DNA of 64,000 bases from Eledone cirrhosa (taxonomy: Eukaryota): NCBI GenBank assembly GCA_964016885.1, contig OZ024740.1:9362001-9426000 (forward strand), given 5' to 3'. Positions 49,208-63,235 of the stretch are shown in pieces (positions within the stretch are counted from its first letter, which is position 1; each line of letters opens with the position of its first letter). A model generated the notes under the pieces. The model worked only from the letters and a program-made list of their open reading frames with translations, was not told the DNA's origin and did no database searches. Position numbers and translations under genes: made by a program.

Positions 49208-50099
49208 TCAGTCTCGATTGTTATGTCAGTTTCTTTTGGTATATCAGTTTCGAATGGTATGTCAGTTTTGATTGGTATATCAGTTTCGATTGGTATGTCA
49301 GTTTCTATGGGTATATCAGTTTTGATTGGTATGTTAGTTTCTATTGGTATGTCAGTTTCGATTTGTATATCAGTTTCTATTGGTATGTCAGTTTCGATTG
49401 GTATGTTCGTCCTTGATTTGTATGTCAGTTTCTATTGGTATATCAATTTCGATTGGTATGTCAGTTTTAATTGGTATATCAGTTTCGATTGGTATATCAG
49501 TTTCTATTGGTATATCAATTTCGATTTGTATGTCAGTTTCGATTGGCATATCAGTTTCGATTGGTATATCAGTTTCGATTGGTATGTCAGTTTCTATTGG
49601 TATGTCAGTTTCAATTGGTATATCAGTTTTGATTGGTATGTCAGTTTTATTGGTATACCAGTTTCGATTGGTATGTCAGTTTCTATTGGTATGTCAGTTT
49701 CGATTGGTATGTCAGTTTTGATTGGTATATCAGTTTCGATTGGTATGTCAGTTTCTATTGGTATATCAGTTTCTATCGGAATCTCAGTTTCTAATGGTAT
49801 GTCAGTTTCTATTGGTATATCAGTTTCGATTGGTATATCAGTTTCGATTGGCATGTCAGTTTCGATTGGTATGTCAGTTTCGATGGTATGTCAGTTTCGA
49901 TTGGTATATCAGTTTCGATTAGTATATCAGTTTCTATTGGTATGTCAGTTTTGATTGGTATGTCAGTTTCTACTGGTATATCAGTTTTGATTGGTATATC
50001 AGTTTCTATTGGTATATCAGTTTCGATTAGTATATCAGTTTCTATTGGTATGTCAGTTTCTATTGGTATATCAATTTCGATTGGTATGTCAGTTTCGAT

Positions 50100-52640
50100 T
50101 GGTATATCAGCTTCGATTCGTATGTCAGTTTCGATTGTTATGTCAGTTTCTATTGGTATATCAGTATCGATTGGTATGTCAGTTTCGATTGGTATGTCAG
50201 TTTCGATTGTTATGTCAGTTTCTATTGGTATATAAGTTTCTTTGATATATCAGTCTCGATTATTATGTCACTTTCTATTGGTATGTCAGTTACGATTAGT
50301 ATATCAGTTTGTATTGGTGTTTCAGTTTCGATTGGTATGTCAGTTTCTATTGGTATATGAGTTTCGATTGGTATATCAGTTTCGATTGGTATATCAGTTT
50401 CGATTGGTATGAAGGTTTCTATTGGTATGTCAATTTCGATTAGTATATCAGTTTCTATTGGTATGTCAGTTTCAATTGGTATGTCAGTTTCTATTGGTAT
50501 ATCAGTTTCTATTGGTATGTCAGTTTCTATTGGTATGTCAGTTTCAATTGGTATATAAGTTTCGATTCGTATGTCAGTTTCGAGTGTTATGTCAGTTTCT
50601 GTTGGTATATCAGTATCGATTGGTATGTCAGTTTCGATTAGTTTATCAATTTCTATGTGTATGTCAGTTTGTATTGGTATATAAGTTTCGATTGGTATAT
50701 TAGTTTCTACTGGTATGTCAATTTTAATTGGTATGTCAGTTTCAATTGGTATATCGGTTTCGATTAGTATGTCAGTTTCGATTGGTATGTCAGTTTCAAT
50801 TGGTATATCAGTTTCGATTAGTATGTCAGTTCCTATTGGTATATCAGTTTCCATTGGTACATCAGTTTCGATTGTTATGTCAGTTTCTTTTGGTATATCA
50901 GTATCGATTGGTATGTCAGTTTTAATTGGTATATCAATTTCGATTGGTATGTCAGTTTTAATTGGTATATCAGTTTCGATTGGTATGTTAGTTTCGATTA
51001 GTATATCAGTTTCTATTGGTATGTCAGTTTCTATTGGTATATCAATTTCGATCTGTATGTCAGTTTCGATTGGTATATCAGTTTCGATTGGTATATCAGT
51101 TTCGATTGGTTTGTCAGTTTCTATTGGTATGTCAGTTTCAATTGGTATATCAGTTTTGATTGGTATGTCAGTTTTATTGGTATACCAGTTTCGATTGGTA
51201 TGTCAGTTTCTATTGGTATGTCAGTTTCGATTGGTATGTCAGTTTCGAATGGTATGTCAGTTTCTATTGGTATATCAGTTTTCATTGGTATATCAGTTTC
51301 GATTGGTATGTCAGTTTCTATTGGTATATCAGTTTCTATCGGAATCTCAGTTTCTAATGGTATGTCAGTTTCTATTGGTATATCAGTTTCGATTGGTATA
51401 TCAGTTTCGATTGGCATGTCAGTTTCGATTGGTATGTCAGTTTCGATGGTATGTCAGTTTCGATAGGTATATCAGTTTCGATTTTTGTTTCAGTTTCGAT
51501 TGGTATGTCAGTTTCGATTAGTATGTCAGTTTCTATGCGTATATCAGTTTCTATTGGTATGTCAGTTTTGATTGGTATGTCAGTTTCTACTGGTATATCA
51601 GTTTTGATTGGTATATCAGTTTCTATTGGTATATCAGTTTCGATTAGTATATCAGTTTCTATTGGTATGTCAGTTTCTATTGGTATATCAATTTCGATTG
51701 GTATGTCAGTTTCAATTCGTATATCAGCTTCGATTCGTATGTCAGTTTCGATTGTTATGTCAGTTTCTATTGGTATATCAGTTTTGATTGGTATATCAGT
51801 TTCGATTGGTATGTCAGTTTCGATTGGTATGTCAGTTTCGATGGGTATATCAGCTTCGATTCGTATGTCAGTTTCGATTGTTATGTCAGTTTCTATTGGT
51901 ATATCAGTATCGATTGGTATGTCAGTTTCGATTGGTATGTCAGTTTCGATTGTTATGTCAGTTTCTATTGGTATATAAGTTTCTTTGATATATCAGTCTC
52001 GATTAGTATGTCACTTTCTATTGGTATGTCAGTTACGATTAGTATATCAGTTTGTATTGGTGTTTCAGTTTCGATTGGTATGTCAGTTTCTATTGGTATA
52101 TGAGTTTCGATTGGTATATCAGTTTCGATTGGTATATCAGTTTCGATTGGTATGAAGGTTTCTATTGGTATGTCAATTTCGATTAGTATATCAGTTTCTA
52201 TTGGTATGTCAGTTTCAATTGGTATGTCAGTTTCTATTGGTATATCAGTTTCTATTGGTATGTCAGTTTCTATTGGTATGTCAGTTTCAATTGGTATATA
52301 AGTTTCGATTCGTATGTCAGTTTCGAGTGTTATGTCAGTTTCTGTTGGTATATCAGTATCGATTGGTATGTCAGTTTCGATTAGTATATCAATTTCTATG
52401 TGTATGTCAGTTTGTATTGGTATATCAGTTTCGATTGGTATATTAGTTTCGACTGGTATGTCAATTTTGATTGGTATGTCAGTTTCAATTGGTATATCGG
52501 TTTCGATTGGTATGTCAGTTTCGATTGGTATGTCAGTTTCGATTGGTATATCAGTTTCGATTAGTATGTCAGTTCCTATTGGTATATCAGTTTCCATTGG
52601 TACATCAGTTTCGATTGTTATGTCAGTTTCTTTTGGTATA
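50100..52640. repeat. Higher-order repeat, offset 1743 (~50100-50900 vs ~51845-52640)
   Basis: Pseudo-ORF pairs 50222/51965, 50422/52165, 50728/52471; ends approximate. Confidence 0.8.
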
Positions 52641-55600
52641 TCAGTATCGATTGGTATGTCAGTTTCGATTAGTATATCAATTTCTAATTGTATGTCAGTT
52701 TCTATTGGTATATACGATTCGATTGGTATATCAGTTTCGACTGGTATGTCAATTTTGATTGGTATGTGAGTTTCAATTGGTATATCGGTTTCGATTGTTA
52801 TGTCAGTTTCAATTGGTATGTCAGTTTCGATTGTATATCAGTTTCGAATGGTATGTCAGTTTTCATTGGTATATCAGTTTCGATTCGTATGTCAGTTTCG
52901 ATTGGTATGTCAGTTTCGATTGGTATATCAGTTTCGATTAGTATGTCAGTTTCTATTGGTATATCGGTTTCCATTGGTATATCAGTTTGGATTGGTATGT
53001 CAGTTTCTATTGGTATATCAGTTTTGATTGGTATGTTAGTTTCTATTGGTATGTCAGTTTCGATTTGTATATCAGTTTCTATTGGTATGTCAGATTCGAT
53101 TGGTATGTTATTCCTCGATTTGTATGTCAGTTTCTATTGGTATATCAATTTCGATTGGTATGTCAGTTTCTATTGGTATATCAGTTTCGATTAGTATATC
53201 AGTTTCTATTGGTATGTCAGTTTCTATTGGTATATCAGTTTCGATTGGTATATCAGTTTCGATTGGTATATCAATTTCTATTGGTATATCAGTTTCGATT
53301 GGTATGTTAGTTTCTATTGGTATGTCAATTTCGATTGGTATATCAGTTTCGGTTGTATGTGAGTTTCGATTGGTATGTCAGTTTCTATTGGTATATCCGT
53401 TTCTATCGGTATGTCTGTTTCTATTGGTATGTCAGTTTCTATTGGTATGTCAGTTTCGAGTGGTATATCAGCTTCGATTTGTATGTCAGTTTCGATTGTT
53501 ATGTCAGTTTCTATTGGTATATCAGTTTTGATTGGTATATCAGTTTCGATTGGTATGTCAGTTACGATTGGTATGTCAGTTTCGATTAGTATATCAGTTT
53601 CTATTAGTATGTCAGTTTCGATTGTTATGTCAGTTTCTATTGGTATATCAGTTTCTTTTGTATATCAGTTTCGATTAGTATGTCACTTTCTATCGGTATG
53701 TCAGTTACGATTAGTATATCAGTTTGTATTGGTGTATCAGTTTCGATTGGTATGTGAGTTTCTATTGGTATATGACTTTCGATTGGTATATCAGTTTCGA
53801 TTGGTATATCAGTTTCGATTGGTATGTAGGTTTCGATTGGTATGTTAGTTTCTATTGGTATGTCAGTTTCGATTAGTATATCAGTTTCTATTGGTATGTC
53901 AGTTTCAATTGGTATGTCAGTTTCTATTGGTATATCAGTTTCTATTGGTATGTCAGTTTCTATTGGTATGTCAGTTTCAATTGGTATATCAGTTTCGATT
54001 CGTATGTCGGTTTCGATTGTTATGTCAGTTTCTTTTGGTATGTCAGTATCGATTGGTATGTCAGTTTCGATTCGTATGTCAGTTTCGATTGTTATATCAG
54101 TTTGTATTGGTATATCAGTTTCGAATGGTATGTCAGTTTTGATTGGTATATCAGTTTCGATTGGTACGTCAGTTTCGATTGGTATGTCAGTTTCGATTGG
54201 TATATCAGTTTCGATTAGTATGTCAGTTTCTATTGTTATATCGGTTTCCATTGGTATATCAGTTTCGATTGGTATGTCAGTTTCTATTGGTATGTCAGTT
54301 TCGATTTGTATATCAGTTTCTATTGGTATGTCAGTTTCGATTGGTGTGTTCGTCCTCGATTTGTATGTCAGTTTCTATTGGTATATCAATTTCGATTGGT
54401 ATGTCAGTTTTAATTTGTATATCAGTTTCTATGGGTATATCAGTTTCGATTGGTATGTTAGTTTCGATTAGTATATCAGTTTCTATTGGTATGTCAGTTT
54501 CTATTGGTATATCAATTTCGATTTGTATGTCAGTTTCGATTGGTATATCAGTTTCGATTGGTATATCAGTTTCGATTGGTATGTCAGTTTCTATTGGTAT
54601 GTCAGTTACAATTGGTATATCAGTTTCGATTGGTATGTCAGTTTTATTGGTATGTCAATATTGATTGGTATATCAGTTTCGGTTGTATGTGAGTTTCGAT
54701 TGGTATGTCAGTTTCTATTGGTATACCAGTTTCGATTGGTATGTCAGTTTGTATTGGTATGTCAGTTTCAATTGGCATGTCAGTTTCGATTGGTATGTCA
54801 GTTTCTATTGGTATATCAGTTTCCATTGGTATATAAGTTTCGATTGGTATGTCAGTTTCTATTGGTATATTAGTTTCTATCGGTATGTCAGTTTCTAATG
54901 GTATGTCAGTTTCTATTGGTATATCAGTTTCGATTGGTATATGAGTTTCGATTGGTATGTCAGTTTCGATTTGTATGTCAGTTTCTATTGGTATATCAAT
55001 TTCGATTGGTATGTCAGTTTCTATTGGTATATCAGTTTCGATTAGTATATTAGTTTCTATTGGTATGTCAGTTTCTATTGGTATATCAATTTCTATTGGT
55101 ATATCGGTTTCCATTGGTATATCAGTTTCGATTGGTATGTCAGTTTCTATTGGTATATCAGTTTCTATTGGTATGTCAGTTTTGATTGGTATGTCAGTTT
55201 CTATTGGTATATGTGTTTCGATTGGTATATCAGTTTCTATTGGTATATCAGTTCCGATTGGTATATCAGTTTCGATTGGTATGTCAGTTTCAATTAGTAT
55301 ATCAGTTTCTATTAGTATGTCAGTTTCTATTGGTATATCAATTTCGATTGGTATATCAGTTTCGATTGGTATGTCAGTTTCTATTGGTATGTCAATTTCG
55401 ATTGGTATATCAGTTTCGGTTGTATGTGAGTTTCTATTGGTATGTCAGTTTCTATAGGTATATCAGTTTCTATCGGTATGTCTGTTTCGATTTGTATGTC
55501 AGTTTCGAGTGTTATGTCAGTTTCTTTTGGTATATCAGTATCGATTGGTATGTCAGTTTCGATTAGTATATCAATTTCTATGTGTATGTCTGTTTGTATT

Positions 55601-58489
55601 AGTATATCAGTTTCGATTATAATATCAGTTTCGATTAGTATGTCAGTTTCGATTGGTATGTCAGTTTCGATTGGTATATCAGTTTTGATTATTATGTCAG
55701 TTCCTATTGGTATATCAGTTTCCATTGGTATATCAGTTTCGATTGGTATGTCAGTTTCGATCAGTATATCAGTTTCTATTGGCATGTCAGTTTCTATTGG
55801 TATGTCAGTTTCGATTGATATATCAGTTTCGATTAGTCTGTCACTTTCTATTGGTATATCAGTTTCCATTGGTATATCAGTTTCGATTGGTATGTCAGTT
55901 TCTATTGGTATATCAGTTTCGATTGTTATGTGAGTTTCTATTGGTATGTCAGTTTCGATTGGTATGTCAGTTTCGATTGGTATGTCAGTTTCTATTGGTA
56001 TGTCAGTTACGATTAGTATATCAGTTTGTATTGGTGTATCAGTTTCGATTGATATGTCAGTTTCTATTGGTATCTGAGGTTCGATTGGTATATCAGTTTC
56101 GATTGGTATATCAGTTTAGATTCGTATGTAGGTTTCGATTGCTATGTCAGTTTCTATTGGTATGTCAGTTTCGATTAGTATATCAGTTTCTATTGGTATG
56201 TCTGTTTCAAGTGGTATGTCAGTTTCTATTGGTATATCAGTTTCTATTGGTATGTCAGTTTCTATTGGTATGTCAGTTTCGATTCGTATGTCAGTTTCGA
56301 TTGTTATGTCAGTTTCTTTTGGTATATCAGTATCGATTGGTATGTTAGTTTCGATTAGTATATCAATTTCTATGTGTATGTCAGTTTGTATTGGTATGTC
56401 AGTTTCGATTGGTATATCAGTTTCGACTGGTATGTCAATTTTGATTGGTATGTCAGTTTCAATTGGTATATCGGTTTCGATTGGTACGTCAGTTTCGATT
56501 TGTATTTCAGTTTCGATTGTATATCAGTTTCGAATGGTATGTCAGTTTTTATTGGTATATCAGTTTCGATTGGTATGTCAGTTTCGATTGGTATGTCAGT
56601 TTCGATTGGTATACCAGTTTCGATTAGTATGTCAGTTTCTATTGTTATATCGGTTTCCATTGGTATATCAGTTTCGATTGGTATGTTAGTTTCTATTGGT
56701 ATGTCAGTTTCGATTGGTATGTTCGTCCTCGATTTGTATGTCAGTTTCTATTGGTATATCAATTTCGATTGGTATGTCAGTTTCTATTGGTATATCAGTT
56801 TCGATTGGTATGTTAGATTCGATTAGTATATCAGTTTCTATTGGTGTGTCAGTTTCTATTGGTATATCAATTTCGATTTGTATGTCAGTTTCGATTGGTA
56901 TATCAGTTTCGATTAGTATGTCAGTTTCTATTGGTATATCGGTTTCCATTGGTATATCAGTTTCGATTGGTATGTCAGTTTCTATTGGTATGTCAGTTTC
57001 TATTGGTATATCAGTTTCCATTGGTATATCAGTTTCGATTGGTATGTCAGTTTCTATTGGTATATCAGTTTCGATTGGTATGTGAGTTTCTATTGGTATG
57101 TCAGTTTCGATTGGTATGTCAGTTTCGATTGGTATGTCAGTTTCTATGGGTATACCAGTTTCAATTGGTATGTGAGTTTCTATTGGTATGTCAGTTTCGA
57201 TTGGTATGTCAGTTTCGATTGGTATGTCAGTTTCTATTGGTATATTAGTTTCCATTGGTATATCAGTTTCGATTGGTATGTCAGTTTCTATTGGTATATC
57301 AGTTTCTATCGGTATGTCAGTTTCTATTGGTATATCAGTTTCGATTGTTATGTCAGTTTCTAATGGTACATAAGTTTCGAATGGTATGTTAGTTTCTATT
57401 GGTACGTCGGTTTCGATTGTATATCAGTTTCTATTGGTATGTCAGTTTCGATTGGTATGTTAGTCCTCGATTTGTATGTCAGTTTCTATTGGTATATCAG
57501 TTTCGATTGGTATATCAGTTTCTATTGGTATATCAGTTTCGATTGGTATATCAGATTCTATTGGTATGTCAGTTTCTATTGGTATGTCAGTTTCAATTGG
57601 TATATCAGTTTCGATTCGTATGTCAGTTTCGATCGTTATGTCAGTTTCTATTGGTATATCAGTTTTGATTGTTATATCATTTTCGATTGGTATGTCAGTT
57701 TCGATTAGTATATCAGTTTCGATTAGTATGTAACTTTCTATTGGTATGTCAGTTACGATTAGTATATCAGTTTCGATTGGTATATCAGTTTCGATTGGTG
57801 TGTCAGTTTCGATTGGTATGTCAGTTTCTATTGGTATATGAGTTTCGATTGGTATATCAGTTTCAATTGGTATATCAGTTTCGATTGGTATGCAGGTTTC
57901 GATTGGTATGTCAGTTTCTATTGGTATGTTAGTTTCGATTAGTATATCAGTTTCTATAGGTATATCAGTTTCAATTGGTATGTCAGTTTCTATTGGAATA
58001 TTAGTTTCTATTGGTATGTCAGTTTCTATTGGTATGTCAGTTTCGATTGTTATGTCATTTTCTTTTGGTATATCAGTATCGATTGGTATGTCAGTTTCGA
58101 TTAGTATATCAATTTCTATGTGTATGTCAGTTTGTATTGGTATATCAGTTTCGATTGGTATATCAGTTTCGACTGCTATGTCAATTTTGATTGGTATGTC
58201 AGTTTCAATTGGTGTATCGGTTTCGATTGGTATGTCAGTTTCGATTGTTATGTCAGTTTTGATTGTATATCAGTTTCGAATGGTATGTCAGTTTTGATTG
58301 GTATATCTGTTTCGATTGGTATGTCTGTTTCGATTGGTATGTCAGTTTCGATTGGTATGTCAGTTTCTATTGGTATATCAGTTTCCATTGGTATATAAGT
58401 TTCGATTGGTATGTCAGTTTCTATTGGTATGTCAGTTTCTATCGGTATGTCAGTTTCTATTGGTATGTCAGTTTCTATTGGTATATCAG

Positions 58490-61400
58490 TTTCGATTGGT
58501 ATATCAGTTTCAATTGGTATGTCAGTTTCGATTGGTATGTCAGTTTCGATTGGTATATCAGTTTCGATTGTTATGTCAGTTTCGATTGGTATGTTAGTCC
58601 TCGATTTGTATGTCAGTTTCTATTGGTATATCAGTTTCGATTGGTATATCAGTTTCGATTAGTATATCAGTTTCTATTGGTATGTCAGCTTCTATTGGTA
58701 TAGCAATTTCGATTGCTATGTTAGTTTCGATGGTTATATCAGTTTCGATTTTTATTTCAGTTTCAATTGGTATGTCAGTTTCTATGCGTATATCAGTTTC
58801 TATTGGTATGTCAGTTTTGATTGGTATGTCAGTTTCTATTGGTATATCAGTTTCGATTGGTATATCAGTTTCTATTGGTATATCAGTTTTGATTGGTATA
58901 TCAGATTCTATTGGTATGTCAGTTTCTATTGGTATGTCAGTTTCTATTGGTATGTCAGTTTCAATTGGTATATCAGTTTCGATTCGTATGTCAGTTTCGA
59001 TCGTTATGTCAGTTTCGATTAGTATATCAGTTTCGATTAGTATGTAACTTTCTATTGGTATGTCAGTTACGATCAGTATATCAGTTTCGATTGGTATATC
59101 AGTTTCGATTGGTGTGTCAGTTTCGATTGGTATGTCAGTCTCGATTGGTATGTCAGTTTCTATTGGTATATGAGTTTCGATTGGTATATCAGTTTCGATT
59201 TGTATATCAGTTTCGATTGGTATGTAGGTTTCGATTGGTATGTCAGTTTCTATTGGTATGTTAGTTTCGATTAGTATCTCAGTTTCTATAGGTATATCAG
59301 TTTCAATTGGTATGTCAGTTTCTATTGGTATGTCAGTTTCAATTGGTATATCAGTTTCGATTCGTATGTCAGTTTCGATTGTTATGTCATTTTCTTTTGG
59401 TATATCAGTATCGATTGTTATGTCAGTTTCGATTAGTATATCAATTTCTATGTGTATGTCAGTTTGTATTGGTATATCAGTTTCGATTGGTATATCAGTT
59501 TCGACTGGTATGTCAATTTTGATTGGTATGTCAGTTTCAATTGGTATATCGGTTTCGATTGGTATGTCAATTTCGATTGTTATGTCAGTTTTGATTGTAT
59601 ATCAGTTTCGAATGGTATGTCAATTTTGATTGGTATATCTGTTTCGATTGGTATGTCCGTTTCGATTGGTATGTCAGTTTCGATTGGTATATCAGTTTCG
59701 ATTAGTATGTCAGTTTCTATTGGTATATCAGTTTCGATTGGTATGTCAGTTTCTATTGGTATATCAGTTTCGATTGGTATGTCAGTTTCGATTAGTATGT
59801 TAGTTTCTATTGGTATGTCAGTTTCGATTTGTATGTCAGTTTCTATTGGTATGTCAGATTCGATTGGTATGTTATTCCTCGATTTGTATGTCAGTTTCTA
59901 TTGGTATATCAATTTCGATTGGTATGTCAGTTTCTATTGGTATATCAGTTTCGATTAGTATATCAGTTTCTATTGGTATGTCAGTTTCTATTGGTATATC
60001 AATTTCTATTGGTATATCGGTTTCCATTGGTATATCAGTTTCGACTGGTATGTCAATTTTGATTGGTATGTCAGTTTCAATTCGTATATCGGTTTCGATT
60101 GGTATGTCAGTTTTGATTGGTATGTCAGTTTCGATTGGTATATCAGTTTCGATTAGTATGTCAGTTCCTATTGGTATATCAGTTTCCATTGGTACATCAG
60201 TTTCGATTGTTATGTCAGTTTCCTTTGGTATATCAGTATCGATTGGTATGTCAGTTTCGATTAGTATATCAATTTCTAATTGTATGTCAGTTTCTATTGG
60301 TATATCAGATTCGATTGGTATATCAGTTTCGACTGGTATGTCAATTTTGATTGGTATGTCAGTTTCAATTGGTCTATCGGTTTCGATTGTTATGTCAGTT
60401 TCAATTGGTATGTCAGTTTCGATTGTATATCAGTTTCGAATGGTATGTCAGTTTTCATTGGTATATCAGTTTCGATTTGTATGTCAGTTTCGATTGGTAT
60501 GTCAGTTTCGATTGGTATATCAGTTTCGATTAGTATGTCAGTTTCTATTGGTATATCGGTTTCCATTGGTATATCAGTTTGGATTGGCATGTCAGTTTCT
60601 ATTGGTATATCAGTTTTGATTGGTATGTTAGTTTCTATTGGTATGTCAGTTTCGATTTGTATATCAGTTTCTATTGGTATGTCAGATTCGATTGGTATGT
60701 TATTCCTCGATTCGTATGTCAGTTTCTATTGATATATCAATTTCGATTGGTATGTCAGTTTCGACTGCTATGTCAATTTTGATTGGTATGTCAGTTTCAA
60801 TTGGTGTATCGGTTTCGATTGGTATGTCAGTTTCGATTGTTATGTCAGATTTGATTGTATATCAGTTTCGAATGGTATGTCAGTTTTGATTGGTATATCT
60901 GTTTCGATTGGTATGTCTGTTTCGATTGGTATGTCAGTTTCGATTGGTATGTCAGTTTCTATTGGTATATCAGTTTCCATTGGTATATCAGTTTCAATTG
61001 GTATGTCAGTTTCGATTGGTATGTCAGTTTCGATTGGTATATCAGTTTCGATTGTTATGTCAGTTTCGATTGGTATGTTAGTCCTCGATTTGTATGTCAG
61101 TTTCTATTGGTATATCAGTTTCGATTGGTATATCAGTTTCGATTAGTATATCAGTTTCTATTGGTATGTCAGCTTCTATTGGTAGATCAATTTCGATTGC
61201 TATGTTAGTTTCGATGGTTATATCAGTTTCGATTTTTATTTCAGTTTCAATTGGTATGTCAGTTTCTATGCGTATATCAGTTTCTATTGGTATGTCAGTT
61301 TTGATTGGTATGTCAGTTTCTATTGGTATATCAGTTTCGATTGGTATATCAGTTTCTATTGGTATATCAGTTTTGATTGGTATATCAGATTCTATTGGTA

Positions 61401-63235
61401 TGTCAGTTTCTATTGGTATGTCAGTTTCTATTGGTATGTCAGTTTCAATTGGTATATCAGTTTCGATTCGTATGTCAGTTTCGATCGTTATGTCAGTTTC
61501 GATTAGTATATCAGTTTCGATTAGTATGTAACTTTCTATTGGTATGTCAGTTACGATTAGTATATCAGTTTCGATTGGTATATCAGTTTCGATTGGTGTG
61601 TCAGTTTCGATTGGTATGTCAGACTCGATTGGTATGTCAGTTTCTATTGGTATATGAGTTTCGATTGGTATATCAGTTTCGATTTGTATATCAGTTTCGA
61701 TTGGTATGTAGGTTTCGATTGGTATGTCAGTTTCTATTGGTATGTTAGTTTCGATTAGTATCTCAGTTTCTATAGGTATATCAGTTTCAATTGGTATGTC
61801 AGTTTCTATTGGTATGTCAGTTTCAATTGGTATATCAGTTTCGATTCGTATGTCAGTTTCGATTGTTATGTCATTTTCTTTTGGTATATCAGTATCGATT
61901 GTTATGTCAGTTTCGATTAGTATATCAATTTCTATGTGTATGTCAGTTTGTATTGGTATATCAGTTTCGATTGGTATATCAGTTTCGACTGGTATGTCAA
62001 TTTTGATTGGTATGTCAGTTTCAATTGGTATATCGGTTTCGATTGGTATGTCAATTTCGATTGTTATGTCAGTTTTGATTGTATATCAGTTTCGAATGGT
62101 ATGTCAATTTTGATTGGTATATCTGTTTCGATTGGTATGTCCGTTTCGATTGGTATGTCAGTTTCGATTGGTATATCAGTTTCGATTAGTATGTCAGTTT
62201 CTATTGGTATATCAGTTTCGATTGGTATGTCAGTTTCTATTGGTATATCAGTTTCGATTGGTATGTCAGTTTCGATTAGTATGTTAGTTTCTATTGGTAT
62301 GTCAGTTTCGATTTGTATGTCAGTTTCTATTGGTATGTCAGATTCGATTGGTATGTTATTCCTCGATTTGTATGTCAGTTTCTATTGGTATATCAATTTC
62401 GATTGGTATGTCAGTTTCTATTGGTATATCAGTTTCGATTAGTATATCAGTTTCTATTGGTATGTCAGTTTCTATTGGTATATCAATTTCTATTGGTATA
62501 TCGGTTTCCATTGGTATATCAGTTTCGACTGGTATGTCAATTTTGATTGGTATGTCAGTTTCAATTCGTATATCGGTTTCGATTGGTATGTCAGTTTTGA
62601 TTGGTATGTCAGTTTCGATTGGTATATCAGTTTCGATTAGTATGTCAGTTCCTATTGGTATATCAGTTTCCATTGGTACATCAGTTTCGATTGTTATGTC
62701 AGTTTCCTTTGGTATATCAGTATCGATTGGTATGTCAGTTTCGATTAGTATATCAATTTCTAATTGTATGTCAGTTTCTATTGGTATATCAGATTCGATT
62801 GGTATATCAGTTTCGACTGGTATGTCAATTTTGATTGGTATGTCAGTTTCAATTGGTCTATCGGTTTCGATTGTTATGTCAGTTTCAATTGGTATGTCAG
62901 TTTCGATTGTATATCAGTTTCGAATGGTATGTCAGTTTTCATTGGTATATCAGTTTCGATTCGTATGTCAGTTTCGATTGGTATGTCAGTTTCGATTGGT
63001 ATATCAGTTTCGATTAGTATGTCAGTTTCTATTGGTATATCGGTTTCCATTGGTATATCAGTTTGGATTGGCATGTCAGTTTCTATTGGTATATCAGTTT
63101 TGATTGGTATGTTAGTTTCTATTGGTATGTCAGTTTCGATTTGTATATCAGTTTCTATTGGTATGTCAGATTCGATTGGTATGTTATTCCTCGATTCGTA
63201 TGTCAGTTTCTATTGATATATCAATTTCGATTGGT
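58490..63235. repeat. Near-identical higher-order duplication, offset 2484 (138 x 18)
   Basis: Pseudo-ORF pairs 58610/61094, 58893/61377, 59240/61724, 59452/61936, 59810/62294, 60280/62764. Confidence 0.9.

Larger units (their letters stand above)
36058..50136. repeat. 7031-bp tandem segmental duplication (satellite + LINE)
   Basis: All ORFs recur at offset 7031 (36092/43123, 38806/45837, 40446/47477, 42156/49187); identity starts at ~36058/43089 and ends at 43105/50136. Confidence 0.95.
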
